Below, one piece after another: positions 53,166 through 64,000 of a stretch of DNA of 64,000 nucleotides. Origin of the DNA: Eledone cirrhosa (lineage: Eukaryota); the NCBI GenBank assembly GCA_964016885.1, contig OZ024744.1, positions 73,842,001-73,906,000 of the forward strand, read 5' to 3'. Under the pieces are notes generated by a model that saw nothing but the letters and a program-made list of their open reading frames with translations, was not told where the DNA came from and did no database searches. The first letter of the stretch is position 1, and each line of letters begins with the position of its first letter. The position numbers and the translations under genes are program-made.

Positions 53166-53837
53166 TTACATATATACATATATATATGCATATATATATA
53201 TACATATATATATGAGAGGAAATAGAAATATCCGTTTTATGTAGGCTAATTCACGTTTGTGTAGAATGAATATGCTAAACAAAAAAATGAATGTGGCAGG
53301 TTCAATTTTCAACTGATTTTCCCTACTTTATTCCTTGTACCCTTTTCATTCACCGACACAAATGCACACGTTCGCCACACACACACACACATACACATAC
53401 ATACTTACACAGACACATACACAGACACATACACAGACACATACACAGGCATATATATATATATATGTATTGAGAAATGTGCTAGCAACCGAAATGTATG
53501 ACGTTTTGTCTGTATAAATACAGAGTGTGTAACCGAGACTGTATCAACATGTATAAATATATATAAATTGTAATTGACGGCCATTGCGTAAAAAGTTACG
53601 TGACGAAAATCATTAACTTTCTCATTCGATAAAAAATTTCCACGCGAATGAATGGGAAACAGCAGTTAATATTTTAATTGATATCATCTCTGTTAAACCT
53701 TTAATTTCCTTGTTCCGTCATGGCCGCATTCAAAAGTGTGAAACCATAGGAGAAATCAAAAGAAATAGGCAAATAGGCAAGAATGACAAACATTTTAATA
53801 GAATTATAACATCGTTGCATACTACAAGTATATGTAA

Positions 53838-54200
53838 TGAAGGCGCATGGCTTATTGATTAGTGTGTTTGGCTTACAAACGTGAGGTTATGAGTTTGATT
53901 CTCAGACCAGGCTTTGCATTGTGTTCTTGAACAAGACACTTTATTTCGCGTTGCTCCAGCTGTAGAAATGAGTTGCAACGTCATTGGTGTCGAGCTGTAC
54001 CTACCAGCCATTGCCTTCCACTTAGACAACATCTGTGGCGTACAGAGAGGAGATTGGTATGTATAGGCGAGCGATTGCTGGTCTTCCACAAACAAGCTAG
54101 CCCGGACTTGTGCCCCCGGATGGTGGTGGGGAGGGGGGCGGGGGGCTTTTTAGGTTCAAATCCCATGGTAATTCGTGACCGAAGGGTGTCTTTACTGTGA
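53838..54200 (+). mobile_element. tRNA-derived SINE (third family)
   Basis: A-box-like tggcttattgattag, B-box-like gagtttgattctc, central gtgttcttgaacaagacacttt. Confidence 0.7.
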
Positions 54201-54226
54201 CATGTATATGTAAGAAGATTATCGAT

Positions 54227-54340
54227 ACCCGTCATGGGCAAACTACGGCCCACGAGCAACATGCAGCCCATATGGCCCTCTGAATCGCAGGCTTAATTTC
54301 AAAATTTGGCGTTAAGTTTTTTAGTAGTGCAGCCCTCAAA
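54227..54340. mobile_element. hAT terminal fragment
   Basis: gtcatgggcaaactacggcccacgagcaacatgcagccc resembles Charlie-type ends; partner end not seen. Confidence 0.45.
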
Positions 54341-55104
54341 AACGTTGCATATTCCTAATATATTTGAACGATCTTACATGACCATGTATATATGTATTTA
54401 TGTACCATTTCATTACTATACGTAAAAATTACGAAGATACACACACATTCATATTTACACATACACACACATATATGTCTGTATATATTTATGAATTGAT
54501 TTATACGTATATATGTATATAAATATACATGCACACACGCATTCACCCCCCCCCCCCCCCACATACACACGCATATATATATATATATATATGCATATTG
54601 ATTTATTTCAATTTTCTTGTAATGGGTGTATAAGACAAGCTTACTGAAGAGGATGATTTTATCTTGATGCACTAATTAACCATTTTAATTATGGTAATTG
54701 GTATTTTTCTTTGTCATCCGAAACCGCGGTCTAAGTAATTATAATTGAATTTATCAATTATAATGTAAGTAGAATTACGTTCGCCTTTAAATGTATTTTT
54801 GTTTACTACGATTTGTTTTATTATACATAAATAATAGTTTTGTAAATGATGCTCTGAAAATTTGGATTTTAGCCCTTAATGTTCATAAAGCTTTTTATGA
54901 TAAAATTTAATTTATTTTGACCTATATTTGTTAACACACACACGGCTCTGGAATCAAAATGATTATTATTATTATTGTTACACTCTGCTTAGTACAACCC
55001 ACAAATATGTACTGGAGACTACGCAACGAGTGCTCACTTTGGTAAACCTACAGTAACTTGACGTTACAATCCCCAAACTATATATATATATGTATATATA
55101 TAAA

Positions 55105-55153
<49 letters not shown>

Positions 55154-55521
55154 ATAAAAATATATAAATGCATATATATATATATGTATGTATATAAAAA
55201 TATATATATGCATATATATATATATTAATATAATAATAATGATAATATTAATAATAATAATAATAATAATAATAATGCTTTCTTTATTAACCACAAGGGT
55301 TTACATAAAGTAGACATTAAGGACAGTGCAGGACAATACAGGACGGTACAAATGGGCATTTCTGCGTGTAAAAAAAACAGAGGATGTAATAAAAATAACA
55401 ATGAAAAATTCCCCAATAGGGGGGAGACTTCCGAAGGACATTTGTGGAGAAAGCCCATTAAAAGGCCACAGTGACCCTGACCACCAGGGAAAGTGCCCTC
55501 TCCCAGTTTTCCACCTTTAAT

Positions 55522-58500
55522 TTAAATACACATACTCAGAGTAGGCCCATTCACTCGGGCCATACTTGCTTCTCTCACCCATCTTTCAACAAAATGCTGG
55601 GAAGAGAGCACTTCCTTCTCTACCCTGATTTTCCTTTTCAAATGAAATTTGAAAAAGTTAATCAGGGCATCACCGAAGAGGTAAGTGCTCTTCTTCAGCC
55701 CTTTCAAATGTGTCCACCATACTATCACTTTCGCCATGGCCACCAGACAGATAAAAACTGCCTGCCCTTCCCGGCTAAAGGAGGAGAGCGGGGAAATACT
55801 CACGATGGACTCAGCTGATAGCTGGATCCATCCTACACGTGACAGCAGGTGTTCGACATACACCCACAAGTCAGCAATGCTCGGACACTGGACGAGTGCG
55901 TGCAGGACGGTTTCGTTACCCTGCGTGCATCTCGGACATGCCCGGCTGACGGCACCTCCATGCCTGTAGAGTTTATCCCGAACTGACAAAGCCCCTCGGT
56001 AGCACTGCCAGGCCAGGGATTTCTGGAAGTTGTCCATCGGCCCCGGCCAGAAAGTCCTTCCGAAGAGATTGGCCAGTTGATTTTCGTCGACGCCTAGCGT
56101 TACTCCAAGTACATCGTCGCTCTTCCCCTCCACTAATCCTCTATAGAACGCCAAGGTGGAGTTTCCACCGAACACATTGCCCGATTAGATGAGAGCTGTG
56201 AGCGCCTGAAGACATTCCAGTCTCCAATCGCTCCCTCTCGGTGTTCGCTTGACCCAGGACTGCAGCTCCGTCAAGGAGACGAGCTGGGGAAAGACGTGTT
56301 TAGCAAACGGAGACCACACCTGATCACCGTCGAGGAAGAGGTGGAGATGTCGTAGCCTGAGCGCGTGTCAGCGCATCATCAGCCACTGCATGCCCAGCCC
56401 TCCACGTAGCCGGTGTTGACAGCAGATGGACCGCCTGACCATCGGAGCGCGTCCCTTCCACAAAAAGCGAAAGAGCAAACGCTCCAGCGCAGTCAGATGG
56501 GGTTTAGGACAAGGTACGAGGGTCAGGCGGGAGTAGACGACGGACGCGATGTACGCGTTGGCCACCTCCGCTCGACCTTTCAGGGATAGCTTCCTCTCGG
56601 CCCATTTCTGGGTGAGAGAAGCCACCCTGCTCGTCACCTCGTCCCAGGTTTTGTCCGTCTGGAGGTCCGGACCGAACCAGACCCCTAGCAATTTAACCGG
56701 TCCGTCCGTCAAGCGCCCGCTGACGCTGTTGGACGGCATGGACCTTCCTCTCCAGGTGCCGAGCTGCAGGCCCACTGACTTTTCCTGGTTGATCATTGCT
56801 CCTGTCACCGCTTCGTATTCTCTTAGTGTAGTGCCGATCGCCTCGATGTGTTTGGCGTTCGACACCACTATGGTGACATCGTTCGCATATGCTAACACGG
56901 ATCTTCCGCATCCTAGTTCGCGCGGGACCCCCCTCCAGCGTCTCCAGTTTGTGCAGTAATGGCTCGAGAGTCAATACGTACAAGAGGGAAGAGAGGGGAC
57001 ATCCTTGGCGGACCAAGCGCATGATGTTGAACGGTTCCGAAAGGTGACCGTTCACTCTCACTACAGAGCAGATGTCGCTGTGCATGGCAGCGATCCAGCC
57101 TCTGAAGACGGGCCCCAAACCAGCCGCCCTCAGGACTGCCGCTAGGTAACGATGGTCGACTCTATCGAAAGCTTTCGACTGATCTAAATTGATCAAGGAC
57201 CCACCCGTGCCATGTTCCCTAGCTACCCCCTTTACGATGTATCGCATGAGGTGGAGGTTGTCGTGGATGGATCTGTCGAGAATGGCAGACGTCTGCGCAT
57301 CTCCCAGCAGACCACCAACGACAAGCGCCAACCTGATTGCTAGCACCTTGGCTAAAATTTTGAACTCTGTGTTTAGCAGAGTTATGGGCCTGAAATTATC
57401 AATGTTATCCCTCTTGTTCGGATCCTTTCTCAGCAGCGCCACCGCTCCTCGGCTCACAGAGCTGGGAATTCTTCCGTTCTGTTGCCAGTTGCAGTAGACG
57501 TCAGCCAAGAGGCCTCCGACCAAGTCTGGCATCTGTACGTAAAGTTCATAGGGCAGACCATCCAAACCAGGCGATTTACCCCTTGTGCAGCCAGTCATTG
57601 CCTCCCGTTCTTCAGCGGCTGTTATCGGCTTTTCGCAACACTCCGCCTCAGTGGCCGAGAGCCGCGGCAGTCCGTCGAGGTAGACACTAAAGTCGATCCC
57701 TCGATCCGGCTCGCCGCTTCCCCCGAACATCTGAGCGAAGTGTCGCTGAAAAGCTTCACACATTTGCCCGGGATCGAGTAGCATGCGCCCGTCGTGGTCC
57801 ACCAAAGACCGGATAATGGCTGTGTTGCCACGACGCGCCTCCGCCACTCGGGCCCATTGAACGGCTTTCGTCCCCTCGTGTCTGAGAGCACGCATCCTAG
57901 CTCTAACAACGCAGCCTTCGTGCTTTGCATTCAAGAATTGGTCAAGGGCCAATTTCGCCGCAAGTACGTCGGTCGCGATGCCTTTGCTAAGCGCCTCTTC
58001 AAATTTTCTAACTAATTCTCCCTCTGCTCTATTTTTCTCTATTGCTAAATCCTTACTAAACCTAATGGACTCTATTCTAATTGCTCTTTTCAGAGCAAAC
58101 CACCACTTGTTGTTGACGATGGCCCCCGTCAACGCCCGCTTAACTAGTGCGCTAATCCGGTCTCTGTAGACCTTGCGCGCTGGTAAGGACGTGTTTAGCT
58201 TCCAGTAGCCGGGTCCTCGTCTATGAAGCTTATCTAAGTCAAGCACACAGATCACGAATTTGTGGTCCGTGTAGCTGACTATTTTGAATTGGGGACAGCC
58301 TAAGCTAGATCTATCTATTTCCATACAAAATACTCTATCTAGATATGATCTGGATGACACTACGCGATTTGTCCAAGTCCACATTGGCACATTCGGGAAA
58401 TCCAATCGGTACCTGTCAGACAGTTCAAAACACCTGAGCAGGTTGGTGAGGCTCTTGCACCCTCCTCCCCTATCCGCTGATCCCACACAGTCCCAGCGTG

Positions 58501-58942
58501 CATCTAAGATCCCGTTCCAGTCGCTCACTAACACTAAAGAGCGGGACGTTCCAAGAAAGGTCTCCAGACGCCGGAAGAAATCAGGCCGCCCTGCTCCTGT
58601 CGGGGCATAGACGGCCACTAGCCTGAAAGCTTGCCCGTCTCCGCTGGTCACGTTCAGCCCCACCAACTTACCTTCAGGGTCCAGGAAGAAGGCCCGTATG
58701 GCGAGATCCAAACCTCTTCGAAAAAGCACAGCAACTCCTCCCCCCGAGCCCGGACGGCTGGGAGATGCGTACACATCGTAGCCGCCGAAGATCGGTGCGA
58801 AGGCCCGTGCTTCGGAGATTCTGGTCTCGCTGATGGCCACTACATCTATGTTTAGTGACCTGAGGTCGTTGAGCAGGTGGCCCTGCTTCCATGACAACCC
58901 CAAGCCACGCGCATTTATGCTGCCTATTCTGAGTGAGGTCAT
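55522..58942 (-). pseudogene. Tx1 copy F ORF2 (APE-RT); ~670 codons open, then a frameshift near 56930 and internal stops
   Basis: MTSLRIGSINARGL...ISET...VYAP...SYLDR...TDH...GYWKLN...FRPITLLN...LDQSKAFDRV...RQGCPLS; YADD mutated to YAND; CPRC...HALVQC. Confidence 0.97.
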
Positions 58943-58981
58943 GTTGAAATGGAGTGGAAAAGATGGGAAAGACCACTTACC

Positions 58982-60920
58982 TTACTTCTCCTTGAGGAAT
59001 GATCGTTTCTCCATCCTCTTAACTGCTCGTAGCCTCCTCCGGAAGGATGTCCTTATAAATCCTCCTGGAGAGCGTTTGTCGGAAGTCTCCGATGTCTTTG
59101 GGGATTTTTTGTTTTAGTGTTGTGTACGTTTTCTGTGTGATGCGAGTGATTTGTATGTGAGGAGGTGGTGTGAACTTTTGGGTTGTTGTGTAGTATTTTT
59201 CTGTGATGCTGGTGTTGTGTTGGATGTAGTGTAATAATTGGTTGTTGTTCAAATTTAATGCTGTGTAGTGTGTATCGTTTTGATTGTTTTGTTTTGTTTG
59301 CGTTTGTTGTGGGTTTGTTTCCGTTTCGCTTTTTGGTGACTTTTGTGGTGTTGTTGATGGTGGTGTAGGGTTTAATGATGGTGATGGTGTTGGTGTTTGT
59401 GGTGATGGGGTTGGTGATGCTGGTGTGGATGGTGGCATATCTGTCCTAACTTTTTTGTTTGATAGTTTATTTGTTTACCTCTGTATTTTGTTTTTGGAGG
59501 GGGAGGGAAGAGAATTTTTTTCTTTTTTGGTTTCTTTTTTTCTTTTTCTGATACCGTTTCCCACTCCTCGTCGTCACAATCTCTCTCCAGTTGCGATAGG
59601 CCGGGGAGTGGAAAATCCTCCACAGGCATTGGTTTTGGTTGTGGCGTGGTGGATGGTGTAGGCGCTGGTGCTGGTTCTGGCGCGTTGGGTGGTGGTGGTG
59701 TTGGTTTTGCTACTGTTGCTGGGGTTGTTGCTGTTACAGTTGCTTCTGTTGTTGCTGCTACAGTTGTTGCTGCCATCTCTGCTGCTGGCGGTCTTGATGG
59801 GTGAGTCACTGGGGGTGGATAAGAGAGGTGGCCTCAACTTTTTAGCCTGAGGGCAGAAAGCCCTTAGGTGGGTTCCTTCACCACAAACGACACACCTAGG
59901 CTGTCTGCCCTCGACGATCACGGTGAGGTGGCTGCCGTCAGTGAGGTCTATTACCTCTGGGATCTCCTCAATGCTTTTTTGGTCTGCTTGGATCAGGTGC
60001 TCCATCCCAGATCCGGACTAGTTCTCCTGCTTTTCTTTCGCTATTTCGATTATCTTTGTGTTGGCTTCGATGCCGGCGAGGACGGCAGCTATTAGCCAGG
60101 GAATTTCGATGGCCGGTGGAACCTGGGTCACCCTGATCTTTACGAGTCTCTGGCTACAATAGCTTGAGACGAGTGTGAAGTCGTCACTTCTTAATGGGGC
60201 CATGGAGTGTTCTCTAGCCTCCTGTGGTGTTTCAAAGAACACGTCCACGGTTCCATATTTCTGCCCACGTCTGATGTGGGGTTTTTTTGCCCACACATGT
60301 CCCAAAGCTTTTTGGATTTGGGACTCGGATGCCCGTTCCACTCGGCGCGATGTTATATTAATTGTTCGATAAGACACGGTGCATAGGCACCGATGCTCCA
60401 TTTTATTAGGTAGGAGGGGTGAGGCTGACCCTGTACCCATCTTTCTTTACCATTTTTTGGCTTCTTCTAATTCCTCCTGAGTTACCTGAAATGCCTCGCA
60501 CTGTTTTGCTACTCTGGCAAAACTCAGGGTGGTTTTCTTAATGTCATTGTTGCTGTTGTTGTTATCGTTATTTTTGTTATTAATTTTAGTTTCAGTTGTG
60601 ATGGTGCTGGCGTCAGTGGTATTCGGTGTGGAAGAGTTCATTTTGGTTGAATTCATTTCATTTTGGTTTGAATACTTTTCGATATCACGAGTTAATTTAT
60701 TTTTTTCTTTTGTTTCTGTTGTCGTTGTGGTGGTGGTGGGGGTGGCGGCTTTAACACCTGCAGTCATTGGTAATGGCGGGAAATGAAAGTCTGCCTGAGA
60801 CAAATTTAAAATAATGCTACTGCTTATATTTTTAGTGTTGGCAAACGTAGTAATATTTACAATGGTGGTTTCGGTGTGAGGTGTTAGTTTGTGAGGAAGG
60901 AGTGACTCTGAGTCATCCAT
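58982..60920 (-). pseudogene. Tx1 copy F ORF1, frameshifted
   Basis: SFARVAK, RRM-like block, VEGRQPRCVVCGEGTHLRAFC knuckle, P/T-rich tail. Confidence 0.85.
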
Positions 60921-61109
60921 GATTTTTCAAAGAAACATTTTTATTTGATAATTATAAAAGTTTAAATTTTGGGCTCAAGGCCCCAATCTTTTTGGGTGTC
61001 CTTATATACAGTTAACAATAACAATTTTCCATGAATGGCCATTTTAATCAACTGAAAATAACAAATCTTGGCGGAGCTCACGATGATACGATTTACTACG
61101 TAGGTCGCC

Positions 61110-61164
<55 letters not shown>

Positions 61165-61300
61165 TTGAAGACTAAAATCCAAATGGCCTCGATAAGGATA
61201 AATATCTATCAAATATATAAGAACCGTAGAGAAAATATATATTAAAATAACAGATTAAAGTTTAAGCAAAGAATCGCTGCTTTCACTCTTAACGGGATCT

Positions 61301-61428
<128 letters not shown>

Positions 61429-61554
61429 ATAAATTAACGGAGGCATATGCCCTCGCTATTCCCTGTAAATAACGTTAATGTGTATCTCTCTCCCACTTGT
61501 AGCTGGACAGTCAATTTTAAAATTCTCTTAGTTTTGTCTAAAATGTATAGCCTT

Positions 61555-61634
61555 ACACACACTGATGAACCGAGACTAGACCATTTCTTTCAACAAATTT
61601 TTGGTGAAACATATCTTTGGATTTGTACGTGTGT
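61555..61634 (+). ncRNA. Type I hammerhead ribozyme, copy 1
   Basis: ACACACa-CUGAUGA-ACCGAGA...UUUUGGU-GAA-ACAuAUC-uuug-GAUuUGU-A^cGUGUGU. Confidence 0.75.
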
Positions 61635-62094
61635 TATATAGTTATATAGGTATTTATTTACGCTTTAATTTATATTTTTAATTATCGTGTCTAGAGTCTG
61701 CTTTTCATAGGTTATAGATTCCATACACTGGTGGTTTTTTCCCTGTATTATTGATAACGCATTATATATCTCTCTCTGGCGTGTTACCTTTTCAACATAT
61801 TGTATTTTAAAGAGCTCAGGATCTCTTCTCCTTTGAGCACATTATTTACAGGGAATAGCGAGGGCCTATGCCTCCGTTAATTTATCGTGATATTTCGCTC
61901 CTAATAACAGTCTTTCCTATCTCTGTTTGGTTGAGCACACTTATCTGAGTGGCTTTGGGCTGCCCTTTCTAGCAGTTCGTCCCTCAGATGCCACTGGTTC
62001 ACTGCCCTTAAACACGCTGTGACTTCTCCCTCCCACGTGTAGCTGGACAGTCAATTTTAAATTTCTCTTAGTGTTGTCTGAAATGTATAGCCTT

Positions 62095-62173
62095 ACACAC
62101 ACTGATGAACCGAGACTAGACCATTTTTTTAACAAATTTTTGGTGAAACATATCTTTGGATTTGTACGTGTGT
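62095..62173 (+). ncRNA. Type I hammerhead ribozyme, copy 2
   Basis: Core and stems identical to copy 1; differences only in loop II. Confidence 0.75.
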
Positions 62174-62335
62174 TATATAGTTATAGAGGTATTTATTTAC
62201 GCTTTAATTTATATTTTTTATTATCGTGTCTATAGTCTGCCTTTCATAGGTTATAGATTCCATACACTGGTGGTATTTTCCCTGTATTATTGATAACGCA
62301 CTATATATCTCTCTCTGGCGTGTTACCTTCTCAAC

Positions 62336-62372
<37 letters not shown>

Positions 62373-62501
62373 GGTTGACAGAACTGGCAATGGTATCACT
62401 GCTAGGACCGGTTGCATCTCATCGTACTCAACAGGTAATGGTAAACAAACTCCCAGAGTTTACACATAGTTATTCGCTTCAATACAACACACGTAAACTT
62501 C

Positions 62502-62638
62502 AGTAATTCCCGAACTCGAGTTTCGGCCACACTTAAGGCAGCAGTAGGGTGCACTGCCCCCTCTGTCCGCATATATTATACAACACTGCATAATTGGCGC
62601 ATGTGGCTTCATCAGCGGGTTTCGCCTCATCAATTACC
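62502..62638 (-). ncRNA. Type I hammerhead with 70-nt loop II insert
   Basis: Minus strand: GGUAAUU...CCCG-CUGAUGA-A-GCCACA-[70 nt]-UGUGGC-C-GAAAC-UCGA-GUU^CGGG-AAUUACU. Confidence 0.7.
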
Positions 62639-62874
62639 AATCGATCGACAGAATTCTCCTCCAGTCCGTGTCGGCTATGACTGTTTGTGACGGCTAACAC
62701 AGTAAAACGATTAACAACTGGAATCTCTACGCATCACAATGATTGGCTACCGATTTATAAATTTACGGGATGGCAGGAGACGAAAATTCAAATAGTTCCA
62801 CTCCCACCATAAGCACTCAGCCAACGTATCTCAAACACAAATTAATAAGTTAGTGAAAATGAAAAATTGGTTAT

Positions 62875-63045
62875 TATCGGTAGGGGGTCGGACGCCATGC
62901 TTTCCAGCATAGTTACGTCCCTTTACGATCTGAGTTCAAATCCCGCCGAGGTTGACTTTGCCCTTCATTCTTACGGGGTCGATAAAATAAAGTAGCAGTA
63001 ATGCACTGGGTAATTGCTGGCCTTGTGCCTAAAGTAGAAACAATT
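62875..63045 (+). mobile_element. tRNA-derived SINE (dominant family)
   Basis: gagttcaaatcccgccgaggttgactttgccc...ggccttgtgcctaaagtagaaacaatt. Confidence 0.9.
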
Positions 63046-63334
63046 AAATTAAGAGTAAGATGATGTATGTAAATAAAATAAACACATCAAATAGTTACAT
63101 GGGATAATTTGTGAAGAGTGTAAACATTCATAAATACGGAGGTAACACATTACAAATTAACAAGAACGGTAAATATAGATACCTTTCAATAAAGAGTAAT
63201 CTCTTTTGTATATATTCTATTGAATATTGAAGAAATATATTTCACCATTAATCAGCGAATCATACATGTTAAATCTTGGATCATCGACAAAGGAGAAGAT
63301 TTAACCATCTATGATTACAGACTAGAAGCAAATC

Positions 63335-63460
63335 AGGGGATAACGGTGTCAGAGCACGTGTAATTTAAAAACACACCTCGCTTCGCCGTCAAGCCAGTGG
63401 TGTGAAAAGAGATATCGACAGCTAGAAATAACAGCCGAGTCGTTTCAACACAGGAGTTCT
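63335..63460. mobile_element. Probable SINE fragment
   Basis: gatatcgacagctagaaataacagcc resembles a common cephalopod repeat recalled from memory; not verifiable here. Confidence 0.35.
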
Positions 63461-63746
63461 ACTAATATACATAGGAGCTGTAACTATTTGATGTGTTTAT
63501 TTTATATAGATACGTCATCTTACTTTTAATTTAATTCTCGGATTTAAATACTCGGATTTACTACTTGGAATCTTAGAGCTTATTCCACAGGTGGTATGGT
63601 GCATGATTCTGATATTCTCAGACATGGCATCCTTAATTCTAATTTTGATTATATATATATACGTTATATATATATAGAGATTCCGAGTTAAATGAGGGAT
63701 AATGACAATAAATTAGGTACTTAATACATTAGTACAGCGGAAACAT

Positions 63747-63855
63747 TAAATCCCACCGAAGTTAACTTTGCTTTTCATCATTACGGGGTCTATAAAATGA
63801 CGTACCAGTAATGTACTGGTTAATTGGTGGCTTTGTGCCAAAAGTAGAAACATTT
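63747..63855 (+). mobile_element. SINE fragment (dominant family); another 3' end on the minus strand at 63970-64000
   Basis: aaatcccaccgaagttaactttgcttttcatc...tgtgccaaaagtagaaac. Confidence 0.8.
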
Positions 63856-64000
63856 ATTAATATAGAAAAGGCTTCTACTGGACTATAACTATTTCATGCT
63901 ATAACTGGGCTTTCGTTTATACGAATGAAACACCTCTAGTCCAGTAGAAGCCATTTACGTAATAAATAATTGCTTCTACTTTTGGCACAAGGCCGGCAAT

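Larger units (their letters stand above)
55277..61109 (-). mobile_element. Near full-length L1/Tx1-clade element, copy F (least decayed)
   Basis: ORF1 plus ORF2; 3' end aataaagaaagc-(ATT)n; (AAT)n on both sides. Confidence 0.97.

Noticed and set aside
56693-58942. 749-aa ORF as a functional retrotransposon protein
   Set aside because: Frameshift before the catalytic motif, YADD changed to YAND, and downstream stops; some indels could be sequencing errors, but the substitutions argue for decay

Overview
Eukaryotic, repeat-saturated, essentially gene-free window. The SINE families and microsatellite load look like a cephalopod (Octopus-like) genome; this is inference, not a database match. It contains: (1) a cluster of L1/Tx1-clade non-LTR retrotransposons (four near-full-length copies at 8345-14351, 14990-19873, 25376-31130 and 55277-61109, plus several fragments), all disrupted, falling into an (ATT)n-associated group and an (ATCT)n-associated group; (2) R4/Dong-type restriction-like-endonuclease LINE remnants, two of them in (TAA)n tracts; (3) many tRNA-derived SINEs and a few MITEs; (4) 31-, 49- and 55-bp minisatellites and large TA/TTC/TATG fields that produce nearly all the low-complexity ORFs. 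The most notable hidden layer is a set of short non-coding elements in or next to (TA)n tracts. They carry type I hammerhead ribozyme motifs in partial-tandem or fold-back arrangements (Penelope pLTR / retrozyme-like), including a 539-nt unit bounded by two hammerheads, a hammerhead with a 70-nt loop II insert, and two with a compensatory U3-A8 core. All folds and alignments were made by eye. No intact protein-coding gene is confidently identified.
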